The notes under the pieces were generated by a model. The model was given only the letters and a program-made list of their open reading frames with translations, had not been told where the DNA came from and searched no databases. 45,461 bases of DNA from Nemertoderma westbladi (Eukaryota > Animalia > Xenacoelomorpha). Location: NCBI GenBank assembly GCA_032718475.1, contig JAUCBJ010000394.1:1-45461 (forward strand), in the 5' to 3' direction. Below, piece after piece: positions 1-10,557 of this stretch. Both the position numbers and the translations under genes were made by a program. Position 1 is the stretch's first letter. Each line of letters starts with the position of its first letter.

Positions 1-2
1 GT

Positions 3-3000
3 GAGCCTAATACAAGCACGAGCATTGAACATAAAAATAATACTACCAAGCATTTACACGTCTTCCGTGTTGTCGCCGATCGAAATATTTTAATTCCACC
101 AAACCACGAAGCTATAGTACATGGTCGACCAGTTGGTGTGGCATTAGAATGTAGGCCTAAGTCTAAGTCTAATGTAGTGGTAGGCTTATTTGAACCGAAT
201 GCAACTGGCTTAGGTAAGAATGGCTTAATAGGAGCTCGTACACTAAATACAGTAGACCAGGGTCTTATTTTGTGTCGCATTATGAATCCCAATAATAAGC
301 GAATAATTCTTCAAAAGAATAGTCGAATAGGTGATCTTGAGCCACATACTGAAATAATAAATACTGCTACACCGAATGTAAATAAATTAGACTCACCAAC
401 TGACCCTGATGCGGACATAATATCTAAATTCCCTACTTTAGAAGACGACACACACACTAGAGCTTTACATGACGTCCTACTTAAGCACTACAATGTAATA
501 TCTAATAACGATTACGATGTAGGATATTGTGACTTAATTTCGCATGAAATTGATGCTGATGGGCCTCCCATTCGTCAGAGACCGTACCGTATACCATACA
601 AACACCGTGATTTCGTTGATGAAACCATTAAGACGATGATTAAAGAAAACGTGATTGAAGAAAGCTCTAGCCCATGGGCGAGTCCAGTAGTAATTGCACA
701 AAAACCCGATGGAGGATTGCGATTTTGTGTTGACTACAGACGGCTAAACGCTCAAACTCGTATTCCATTACACCCTTTGCCTAGAATAGATGAAGTGATT
801 GATCAATTAGGTGGTAATGCATATTTTACCACTCTTGACTTAACGTGCGGTTATTGGCATGTTCCAATAGCTGACAAAGATCGTGATAAAACTAGTTTCA
901 TCACAAACAGCGGCCAATGGAATTTCCGTCGCATGCCTTTTGGTTTGGCAGGAGCACCCAGTACATTTCAACGACTAATGTCAAAAGTTATAGGTAGATT
1001 AAGTAATAAAATTTGCCTCGTTTACTTAGATGACGTCATTATTTATTCGGAAACATTTGAACAACATTTACATGACATTGATAGTGTACTAGAGTGTATC
1101 GAAGCTGCAGGTTTAAAGCTAAAGCTACGAAAATGTACGTTTGCTGCAGAAAAGGTTACATATTTAGGTCATGAAATAACTGCGCAGGGAATAAAACCAG
1201 CTGTTAGGAATCTACGAGCAGTAAGTGAGTTTCCACGGCCAACCGCAATAACTCAGGTTCGTCAATTTTTAGGACTTGCTTCATTTTACCGTAAGTTCAT
1301 AAAGGATTTTGCGAAAATAGCTTCGCCGTTAGCACAGCTGTTACAGAAAAATGTAGTATTCAGTTGGACAGCTGATAAGGAACAAGCATTTCAGACATTA
1401 AAAACGAAATTAACGAATCCACCTGTACTTGGTTTTCCTATTCTACCATCTACTGACTCAGAACCTTACTGTATTTCGACTTATCGGTTGATGACAGACG
1501 CCTCTATAGTTGGCTTAGGCGCTGTTCTAGAACAATTTCAAGGTGGTAAATATGTAGTTATAGGCTACGCAAGTAGATCTGTAAAACCAGCCGAGAAGAA
1601 TTACAATATTACTGAATTGGAGGGTCTTGGAGTTGTCTGGGGTGTACATTACTTCAGACACTACTTGATTGGTACGAAATTCAAAATTATCACTGATCAT
1701 TCTGCTTTGAAGCACATATTAGCAGTAAAAGAACCAACCGGACGGATAGCGCGATGGTGCTTAGCCTTGCAGCAGTACGATTTTGAAGTTGAACACCGGC
1801 CTGGAAAGCATCATTTTGCCCCCGATGCTTTGAGCAGAAATCCAGTATCAGCTTTTCAACCAGATACCGACATCGATAACATACAAGTAGGTCCGGATAT
1901 AAATATCATAAATAACAGGGAAATTATAAAACCTGACTCCAACCCCATTACTGTAAATGTTATACGTGCTAGGCATGAAACTGAAAGGCGACCAAAGGAA
2001 AACAATAATTGTAAGAGTGCATGGCTATTAGCAATCGCAACCGATCCCACATTGGAAGCAATCCAGCGCATGAAACTCAACGAGCAAGGTCCAGCATTGT
2101 CTGATATTAATTTCGTAGCTTTGAAGCGCTTAGCTACTTTAATCTCTATTGACCAGTTAGGTTTTATGTACTATATTGGGAGTCGAGGTGAGGAAAATCT
2201 ACAAGTAGTACCTAAACAGTTTCAGCAAGAAATAATTCGCACTTTTCACGATCAACCGTGTGGTGGACATTATGCGTTTAATAAAACTTATTATAAGGTT
2301 AGAAACAAATATTGGTGGATTACGATGCGAAAAGATATATTTAAGCACTGTCAAACTTGCTTACCGTGTCAGTTGGCCAAAAGACCGCGATTAAAAATTG
2401 TGTCTCCACTGCACCCATTACCAGTAGTAGGAAACCCTTTTGATAGGTGTGAACTAGATCTACTTGGACCCTTTCATTCTTCTGCTTCCGGTAACCGTTT
2501 TATTTTATTGTTTACCGATAGTTTAACTAAGTGGCCGGAGGGCGTGGCAACCGCTAACAAAAGTGCAAATACAGTAGCTAAGGCATTTATAGACTTGGTG
2601 GTCAGTCGCCACGGTGCACCACGCGTATTACTTACCGAACAGGATTCGAATTTTTTATCTCGAATGTTCCAAAGTGTCACGCAAATGCTTGGAGTTGACC
2701 AAAAATCCGCAGTGATTTATCATCCACAAACCTTAGGATTGGTAGAGCGATTAAATCAAACTCTAGTAACCATGCTGTCTATCTATACCGATTCTGACCA
2801 ATTACACTGGGATGAGTGTCTCCCAGCTGTACTTTTTGCGTATCGCACTTCTATACATTCAACTGTCAATCAAACTCCATTTTTCCTTACCTACGGTCGT
2901 GAAGCAACATTACCTTCAGACGCTGTTTTACTTAAAGCGACCGACAATGCTAGTTTAGATGACTATACTAGACGACTAGCGAAAACAGTTTTGATCAGTA

Positions 3001-3419
3001 GGAAAAATGCAGAGTCATTACAAAAACAAGCTCAATCTAGATTCATTCGGAATTATAATAACAGTCACAACATAGTTGTACCTCAATATAAAGTAGGAAA
3101 CTACGTATTCATAGAAGAAAGGGAATGTCCCGTTGGCTTGTCACGAAAGCTCAGAGCAAAATATCTTGGGCCTTACAGGGTACAGGCAATTGAAGGTGAA
3201 AATTTACGATTAACTAGGCCAGGTCGTAAAAGTGTAAGCACCCTTATTCACCCCAACATGGTAAAACCTGCGCGTTTACGCTACAGTCTGTCTGATACCA
3301 GCCCCGCTATTGAAACAGATGACAACCCAAACATTATAACAAACTATCTAAGCCCACAAGGAAATTCTACAGTTTCTAGTGTGGAATTATCTCTAGTAGA
3401 CGAAAGTGAATTATCATGA
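3..3419 (+). CDS. pol: Gypsy Pol polyprotein (RT, RNase H, integrase), 5'-partial
   Basis: The frame of the 138..3419 ORF is open back to base 3. Motifs: SPWASPVV, LRFCVDYRRLN, MPFGL, YLDD (RT); TDAS..GLGAVL and TDHSAL (RNase H); H-X5-H..C-X2-C zinc finger, DLLGP, YHPQT.GLVER (integrase); GPY/F motif KYLGPYRV. Confidence 0.96.
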   Translation, partial: EPNTSTSIEHKNNTTKHLHVFRVVADRNILIPPNHEAIVHGRPVGVALECRPKSKSNVVVGLFEPNATGLGKNGLIGARTLNTVDQGLILCRIMNPNNKRIILQKNSRIGDLEPHTEIINTATPNVNKLDSPTDPDADIISKFPTLEDDTHTRALHDVLLKHYNVISNNDYDVGYCDLISHEIDADGPPIRQRPYRIPYKHRDFVDETIKTMIKENVIEESSSPWASPVVIAQKPDGGLRFCVDYRRLNAQTRIPLHPLPRIDEVIDQLGGNAYFTTLDLTCGYWHVPIADKDRDKTSFITNSGQWNFRRMPFGLAGAPSTFQRLMSKVIGRLSNKICLVYLDDVIIYSETFEQHLHDIDSVLECIEAAGLKLKLRKCTFAAEKVTYLGHEITAQGIKPAVRNLRAVSEFPRPTAITQVRQFLGLASFYRKFIKDFAKIASPLAQLLQKNVVFSWTADKEQAFQTLKTKLTNPPVLGFPILPSTDSEPYCISTYRLMTDASIVGLGAVLEQFQGGKYVVIGYASRSVKPAEKNYNITELEGLGVVWGVHYFRHYLIGTKFKIITDHSALKHILAVKEPTGRIARWCLALQQYDFEVEHRPGKHHFAPDALSRNPVSAFQPDTDIDNIQVGPDINIINNREIIKPDSNPITVNVIRARHETERRPKENNNCKSAWLLAIATDPTLEAIQRMKLNEQGPALSDINFVALKRLATLISIDQLGFMYYIGSRGEENLQVVPKQFQQEIIRTFHDQPCGGHYAFNKTYYKVRNKYWWITMRKDIFKHCQTCLPCQLAKRPRLKIVSPLHPLPVVGNPFDRCELDLLGPFHSSASGNRFILLFTDSLTKWPEGVATANKSANTVAKAFIDLVVSRHGAPRVLLTEQDSNFLSRMFQSVTQMLGVDQKSAVIYHPQTLGLVERLNQTLVTMLSIYTDSDQLHWDECLPAVLFAYRTSIHSTVNQTPFFLTYGREATLPSDAVLLKATDNASLDDYTRRLAKTVLISRKNAESLQKQAQSRFIRNYNNSHNIVVPQYKVGNYVFIEERECPVGLSRKLRAKYLGPYRVQAIEGENLRLTRPGRKSVSTLIHPNMVKPARLRYSLSDTSPAIETDDNPNIITNYLSPQGNSTVSSVELSLVDESELS

Positions 3420-4684
3420 AAATTGAAATGTAACATTTAATAATCATGAGAAACATTGTTATCATTAATCATGTAACCTTAATTTTAATCGTGTACATAT
3501 ATGTTATTTTATGACTTATAAATGAAGCCAATTGTAAGAAGTTATAAAGGACTCATAACTGTGTGATGCTTTATCGTTATACTGGGTATAGCAATATCGG
3601 TATTGAAATAGTGAATTAGACCTACAGTAGTCTAGTTGTTATCCGCATGTCATTATTTTACATTTATATTCTACAGTTGCTCTGAATACCCATTTATCAT
3701 AAAATAGTGTCACATATTTTCTATTTTAGTTATCCATTAAGTATACTGTGCTACAGTGCATGATTAATATTATAATACTATTGATATAATGTCATTATAC
3801 TGTAGTATAGTTTGCAATTGCAAAAATAAATATGTAGGCCTAATTGTAAAGATAATTTAAAGATAAATTGTTATAAAGATACTTATTGTACTTATATTAC
3901 GTAAATTTAATGTTTGAATAAAGTGATTCGTTATTGTGTTATAAGAGTAATTTACCGACCATGTCCTTGAATAAAGTTTTAGTGTTATTTAAAACAATTA
4001 CTGTAGAAATAAAGTGAATACGAGAACAGTATGTCTCAAACTGTGCAATGAGTATCCAGTACAGTAGAGGCGAAAACTCCGTTGTCTTAATTATTGCAAT
4101 TTTTATGTTATCAAGTTTGATTTAATTTAATCATTTCATTATTTTGCTGTAATTTTCTTACAGATATTTGATTGACATTATTTTTGAGTTCTCGGATTTT
4201 CAGATGTAGTTATTTCAAAAGCTTATATGTGAAGGTAGTAGACTGTCTGTGAAATAGGCAAATTCAACGAATTTGTAATTTCATATTTAAATTAAAGGTC
4301 GACACAGATTTTTGCCTCAGGATATTTTCCTACAGAATGTCACTTTCTTAATAATAATTGTAAGTAAATAAGTTTAAATGGTAACTGGAAGTCAAACAAT
4401 GTATTTATTTTTTTACAACAATTTTATTGACTTTACTTTAATTGACATGTTTTTGATAATCATATGTGATGTTAAACACAGTTTACAACTGTGGTTTCGG
4501 TACCATAATGTACTATTTACGGCATGTCGAATGTTCTATAGACCCCTATGTAGTTGAAAGAGCCAAAATATATTTTATATTTATTAGCTTTCATATGAAA
4601 ATTAAAATGAATAACAGCAAAATGTCTATAACTGTAAGATAAGAAGTTCTGCAACACGGGGACGTGTTGATTGATGGAGGGGAG

Positions 4685-5035
4685 TGTCACAACTGTATTA
4701 TAATTTATGCACCACCTAGCGGCCAGTATCGGAATAACAATTACAATACATTATCTTTCATTTACTGGTAGATGGCTCATTCAATTACATGTATAAAAGT
4801 AGCCAGAAGTTCTTATAACGGTTGGTACCGGTAGAGAATATTACGATTATTATTAATTATCTTTAGAACACATAACTAACTTCAATTATAAAAATATACT
4901 GATAACTGATTACTAATGATACTGAAAACCTTTTTAGTTTTATATATTATCACTATTATAATACGACGCTCCCTCACCCAGACTCTATCCGTACCCGCCG
5001 CAGTCACTTCAGCTGTCTCCTGGAGTGGTCTGACA
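4685..5035 (+). repeat. 3' LTR (~351 bp) of the Gypsy element
   Basis: Starts TGTCA directly after the PPT and ends TGACA (5-bp terminal inverted repeat, TG..CA); TATAAAA near 4792. The 5' LTR is not available for comparison. Confidence 0.75.
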
Positions 5036-5397
5036 GTAGGCCTATTTCAGTATTTCAAATATTTTTGATGCATTGCAGCATTGCACCATATACTGATATA
5101 AAGCCTTTGGTATTTAGGCCTACTGTACAACCTACTGCTTACTGCTTGCTACCTGTGGTTTATAATATTTTGCTCAGGTTTCATACTGTAGTTGCCCGGC
5201 ATCAAAGCAACCTGATTGAAATATCAACAGGGATGCAGTGCGGCGATGTCTTGTAGGTAGTGATGTGATTTTGCGGTACTCCTACAGTACCTCCAGGCTC
5301 CAGACACGGGAGTCCCTTTTTGCCTTTTGAATTTCGAGAAGTAGGCCTACATAGTATTTTTTGCTCTGAATGCTGCGTAGAATACTGTAAATCATGC

Positions 5398-5463
5398 CAG
5401 TGGCGTAGCCGGGATTTCACAAGGGGAAGGGCCAGAGCCAGAAGGGGGGGGGGGGGGGGGGGG
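5398..5463. mobile_element. One end of a non-autonomous DNA transposon (CAGTGGCGTAGC-type terminus plus poly-G)
   Basis: Same terminal motif class as the MITE at 14141 (CAGAGGCGTAGC); no partner end found. Confidence 0.4.
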
Positions 5464-7027
5464 TGCAGACTCAAAATTAACACATATCTAATCAAAATGA
5501 ATGAAATTAAACAATGTTAACATATGTGAGGTTTGATCAAGAAACCGACCTACGGTTACAAAAAATAAAATTTTTTTAATGATTAACAAAAAAGTGTTTT
5601 GAAAATTAGCAGACCCGCTTATGACCAAATATTAACAAAGTTTTGAGAAAATTGACCCCAAGTCATGAAATCAAGTCATGAGAGTTTCAAACGTTCCCGC
5701 CAATTTTCTGTATTTGGGGGGAATTTTCAAATATAAAATTTAACGATATTATATATTTTCAAAGCAGACATGTCAAAAATTATTTACATGTCAGAATTCA
5801 GAGTCTGCAAGTCGGGGTATGGACTATTAGTGAATATGTTTTATTGTTATTATTACTGGAGGTCAATGTGTCTGTCTGTCTGTCTGTCCTAAATATTAAT
5901 AAAATAAATAATAAATGTTAAAAATAAAATATAAATAAATAAAGACACCACCCAATTTTTTTGGTGAGGGGGTTTTACTTGCCGATGATTTCAATTACGA
6001 TCTCGGTTTTCACTATTTGCCAAATCTAAACTTTTGTCTGCCTGTCATTCAGTCTGTCTGTTATCATGTCTGTCTGTCAGTTAAAATTTAAGAAAGTGCA
6101 CAAACTGTTTAGGGTTGTGTTAACATTTCCTAGGCGGTGATTATATTTAAAATGTAACTTTTCTGATTTCACAAAATCTAAACTGTCTCTGGCTCACTCT
6201 TGATCTGTTTTTGTGTTTCAAGGTGTGTAGAAATCAATAAAAGTAACAAAAAAATCAATTTATGAGTTTTATATATTATTGTATATTTATTTAACGTACA
6301 TATTTATTTAAATAAACGAAAAATAACCTTCGGCAATTGAAAACCCACTAAATTATTTAATTATGAGATTATTATGAATTTATATAAGTGCTAAGCTGCT
6401 GACAGCTGACCAGCCGGACTGGCGAATGGAATTAAAAAATCATGAATCATGCTGATCAAACTTCCTACTCTAGGCCTACTGTACATGATTTACCTAACTG
6501 AAACAACAGTGGCCGGCCAGCTGGCTGCTGACAGTAGGCCTACTGTATTATTGTAAACCACCGTCACAATATACTCCCGCCGCGTATACAGTGTATGTAC
6601 GCGTGCTGGCGGGTCGCATCAAACCCGTTTCCCAGGGAGTGCGCTAAATAACACCGTAATCACCAGTCATACTTCAGACACTACAGGCTACAGCCAGACA
6701 TGGTAGCCCAGTCAGCATGTATAAGAATCTTTCATTTTCTAACTACCGGTAGTGTTTCCGTGTTCTATAGGCCTACAGTGTAGGCCTACTTTATTGTAAT
6801 TTTACATTTTATTGGCCAGCCGCTATAATACTACGACTAGTATTTGGGTTTTAGGATAGTTCGGATTTAGTTGTTCAACTTATTTTATGGAAGGCCTCTA
6901 GGCCTACAGTACCTATAACATATATCGGTACTTTAAGCCTATAGGCCTACGGTGCCGTGTTTAGTTTCGGTTTCGACGTATTGACTTTGACTACCGGTAG
7001 TTAAACTGCTACTTGTGCCTTTACATC

Positions 7028-9457
7028 ATGTCTGATCTAACTTTTCTGGACTTGTATACAATTTTGCGGGATATTCCTAATAACAAAAATTTAGAACAGA
7101 CTGCTAGTTATTTTACATTGGAGAGTGATAGCAGAGACACTGTTTTTTCCGTTACATTTTATCCATCATTAACGAAGTTACTTAACAGATGGTTTATCAT
7201 TAATAATGTATGTCAGCTTGGGGGAAACAGCCTAACGTCACTGCTTCATAAAGTGGCATCTGCGACAGAAGAACCCGTAATTTTAACTGTGGCATCGTCG
7301 ACAAAGGATAATGGAGATCAGTCCTTAGCATTTGAAGCTGTCATTCGTCCAGAAGCAACTCCTGATAATAATTTGCTCACAATAAAACGTGTGGGCCAAG
7401 AAGTTAAAAATATTCGCAATGAACAAGTCACAAGAATTATTGTTGCTTTTAAATCTTCTCTTTCTGATAAATGGCCTATTGTTTGTAAATATGTAAGAAA
7501 CTTGTCTTATCTTAACAGAAACATTGAGTTTTCTTGTAAATCCACTTATGACAATAATCCAACATATGATTCGAAATCAGATGATTGTAATAATTTAACC
7601 ACTTTCCATCTAACTCCAGCGATAAGTCAGCAGTGCAGGCTTCCAGGAAAATCAGAATATTTGGGATTATTTGAAATTAAGGGACATCCTGTTTCTCTCA
7701 AATTGACTGTTTATGGTTATATTGCTGACAGATTCTTACCAATCGGTGTTATCTACGGTATTTTCTCCACCACTACCACTAAAGATCCCTTGCTGTTCGA
7801 TCCAATACTATCAGATGCTAAACATTTGGCTAATTGGGAGAAATTTGGTATTAATAGCGTCAACATACATGATAGTGGAATTGGAGACTTCGCTCTGAAC
7901 TGCCAATCATCCGCAAAATATACTTCGTTAATGTTACTGTATTGCTTTGAATGTGAACCCAAGGGAAATAAAGGTAAGTATTTACACGATGAAATAGAGT
8001 TTAGGAACTATATTCGAATAAATTTTATGAATTTAGTTTTTATTAAGTATATTTCATATGTTGTGCAAGCGACTAATTCGTGCTTGGAGAAGGTTATTAA
8101 AGGTAGAACGAAGGGCGATGGTATTGGATGTGTATCTAGGGCTGGGCTGCAGCTGCAGTCGCAGGGAAGTAAAAGGTCTGCAACTAGCGGGGGGAGACAT
8201 GACGACTCTGAGGTTATGAAATGCACTGCTGGGAAACAAAACTTTGAGATAGTCAACTGCGGTTCTAAGCGGTTGAAAATATCACCAGATCAACAAGAAT
8301 TTCGCTCTAAGGCATTTAACAAATCCATTCCAATTGTTGTGAATTCATTGTTCAGGGTAATTCGTAATAGCATGTCTGTAGACTTTCGCCAAGGAGTAAT
8401 GAAATCACTTGGAGTAAATAGCATTGATTGTGTCAAAGCCGTATTGAATGATTTTTTAAATGAATGCCGCCACAAACCAAAACCTAAAAATAAGTTAAAA
8501 AATAAAATCCCAAAGAGGTCAAATTCCGCGACATTAGATTTAAGGAATCCACCTTCATCATCACCGACTTTAATTCCACCGAATCTCTCGCCAAAACATA
8601 ATTTACTGTCACTAACTTCTGATACTTATAAAGAACTACCATTGACTCAACCGGTACGTATTACCCCAACCACGTCCGCGGTGTATGTTCCACCCCGATT
8701 AATAAATAGTTCTATTTGCGCAAACTTTTCCTCGAACAACTGCCTAGCAACCCAATTATCTCCCATCGTGCTCACAGGTCCACAGCGCTCACCTGTTATC
8801 AGTGATTGTACAAATAATTCCAGCAACGATTTGATCAGTATGTTGTCTGACTTTGATGGAGTTCTTGAAACATTCCAAAATCCCCAAGACATTTCTCTCT
8901 CTATTGCGAATCATCGATTCGCCAACTTGCCGGATGTCCCGAACACAGACCAGTTTGTTCCGGATACCCACCATGGTCCCCCATTGTCTCTGCACTCTGC
9001 GAGTCCGTGGTATCCCCAAGAAGTAATTCCAGAGAGCTTCGAAGAACTAGACAAATCAGACTTGTTTGACACATTCGAGAGCCTTGGGAGCACAGAGATT
9101 GTCCCGATTAACCGATTTTATGAAACTCAATTCGACGGTGTCAGCAATATCATCGACGAGCTTCTCAACGAAAATTACTTAGCGGAAACTCGCGATTTAT
9201 CGTCGGAAGACGCACTTCCGAGACCGAAGGACTCCTGTAGCAGTAAACTCGACTCTCGACATGAACACGACGTAGAGAACTGGTTTGCTTGCCCATCCCA
9301 AGATTCTATCTTTGATTCCTTTAAAGAGATCGAGAATGAACTTAGTGATGACTTGGTTTTTCAGGGTTTTGATTCGAACGAATTGATGGGGAACTCTAGC
9401 GGATTCAACGATATGGGTTTATTAACATCCGAGCAAGAGTTCATATGGCCGGACTAG
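7028..9457 (+). CDS. TOP6BL: Probable type 2 DNA topoisomerase 6 subunit B-like protein (TOPOVIBL, meiotic SPO11 partner), single exon, 809 aa
   Basis: Uninterrupted 2.4-kb ORF with first ATG at 7028. LANWEKFGI resembles the TopoVIB WxxYG motif; SIPIVVNSLFRVIRNSMSVDFRQGVMKSLG resembles the recalled vertebrate TOP6BL transducer helix ([29 protein letters not shown]); WPIVCKYVRNLSYLNRNIEF resembles CLVIKHFLRKIIMVHPKVRF; long disordered acidic tail with terminal Trp. The ORF itself is certain; the identity rests on recalled alignment. Confidence 0.72.
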   Translation: MSDLTFLDLYTILRDIPNNKNLEQTASYFTLESDSRDTVFSVTFYPSLTKLLNRWFIINNVCQLGGNSLTSLLHKVASATEEPVILTVASSTKDNGDQSLAFEAVIRPEATPDNNLLTIKRVGQEVKNIRNEQVTRIIVAFKSSLSDKWPIVCKYVRNLSYLNRNIEFSCKSTYDNNPTYDSKSDDCNNLTTFHLTPAISQQCRLPGKSEYLGLFEIKGHPVSLKLTVYGYIADRFLPIGVIYGIFSTTTTKDPLLFDPILSDAKHLANWEKFGINSVNIHDSGIGDFALNCQSSAKYTSLMLLYCFECEPKGNKGKYLHDEIEFRNYIRINFMNLVFIKYISYVVQATNSCLEKVIKGRTKGDGIGCVSRAGLQLQSQGSKRSATSGGRHDDSEVMKCTAGKQNFEIVNCGSKRLKISPDQQEFRSKAFNKSIPIVVNSLFRVIRNSMSVDFRQGVMKSLGVNSIDCVKAVLNDFLNECRHKPKPKNKLKNKIPKRSNSATLDLRNPPSSSPTLIPPNLSPKHNLLSLTSDTYKELPLTQPVRITPTTSAVYVPPRLINSSICANFSSNNCLATQLSPIVLTGPQRSPVISDCTNNSSNDLISMLSDFDGVLETFQNPQDISLSIANHRFANLPDVPNTDQFVPDTHHGPPLSLHSASPWYPQEVIPESFEELDKSDLFDTFESLGSTEIVPINRFYETQFDGVSNIIDELLNENYLAETRDLSSEDALPRPKDSCSSKLDSRHEHDVENWFACPSQDSIFDSFKEIENELSDDLVFQGFDSNELMGNSSGFNDMGLLTSEQEFIWPD

Positions 9458-10121
9458 CTTTGTCTCATCGACAATATTTTATAAATGTGCCTCAGTATTT
9501 TAAATGCGTATACTGCACAGTGCAAAGTATGTTATACTGAAATACTTAGTTAGATTATTCCTTTAATTTGTTACCAGCACCAGGCAAGCTATTATTTTTT
9601 ATAGGCAATGTTATTTATTTTATAACAATTCAATTCATTTACTTTGCTGTACATCATTGGCCTTGATATTGTTAATATATATTTAATTTTAGAACTGGAA
9701 CAAAATTTAATCTTTGTATATATTTTTTGCATTAATATGATTGAAAATAATATTGTTGTAACTATGTTATTTCTGTTTATAAGAAGTAAGCCATGTTTTG
9801 GGTCTACGTGATTACAATACAGAAAACGCAGTATATTTCCCATAGAATCCGAACTACGTTCCATCACTACATCAGTCACCCTCCATCCATATAAGGGTGA
9901 GGGCCTCAGGATCCCATGACACACAAGCATAAAACCATACAGATGAGGTCTAGGAAGTACTGTAGAACAAAGTATGGTCTATAATTACCATTTCAATAAC
10001 GTTAACATAGGAATCAAATGACTCATGACTACTGTACTCAAATATAGCTGACCAATATGTTAGATGTGCTGGGAGGACCACTAGAGCTGACTAACCCATG
10101 TTTCTAGGATTATAGACTCAC

Positions 10122-10265
10122 CGTCCAATCATCTGATCGTTCCTATAAACTGGCATATTAGGGGCCTTCTTATCATCGTGGGGCCCTAAATGGCAATTAG
10201 AGGAACCGAAGAATTCTTGGAAACCGTGTCGTAAAGGCAAGAACTGGGGTTGTTGGCCGAGGTGC
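10122..10265 (-). CDS. GALNS: N-acetylgalactosamine-6-sulfatase, coding exon 4 (equivalent to human exon 5)
   Basis: cag|...|gtgag boundaries, 144 nt; [48 protein letters not shown]; phase fits the previous exon (GKW/HLG). Confidence 0.93.
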
Positions 10266-10379
10266 CTGAAAAAAAAGTCTTATATTGGGTGTCTTATAAG
10301 AGGTGTCTTATATTGTATAACAAACATCATTAATTACAGATTATAAATCGCTAATTTTATTGTTTTCCTTTTAACTCAC

Positions 10380-10557
10380 CATTTCCCTACGATTTTACTT
10401 GAATAGTTTCTTTTAGACAGCAGTTCGGGTAATAACAGCTCGTGGTCGGGTATTCCCCCGGTAACATCCTGACGTGCCCACCCATTCCTAGCGTGCCCGT
10501 TAGTAGTGTACATTCCGTTTCGGATTGGTAGTCTACCCGTTAATAAGGCCGCCCTCG
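10380..10557 (-). CDS. GALNS: GALNS coding exon 3 (equivalent to human exons 3+4 fused)
   Basis: cag|...|gtgag, 178 nt; [60 protein letters not shown] (sulfatase signature). Confidence 0.95.

Larger units (their letters stand above)
1..5035 (+). mobile_element. Ty3/Gypsy LTR retrotransposon, 3' portion (pol, long AT-rich 3' region without env, PPT, 3' LTR); 5' part lies outside the window
   Basis: RT-RNaseH-integrase domain order in the ORF; polypurine tract GGAGGGGAG (4676-4684) immediately followed by TGTCA; matching TGACA at 5031-5035. Confidence 0.93.

Noticed and set aside
3420-4675. Possible env gene after pol
   Set aside because: AT-rich with no substantial ORF on either strand
7713-9093. 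Short overlapping ORFs
   Set aside because: Shadows of the 809-aa gene
9592-9965. Candidate next GALNS exon
   Set aside because: No sulfatase similarity; the ctacag acceptor near 9960 leads to an immediate in-frame stop
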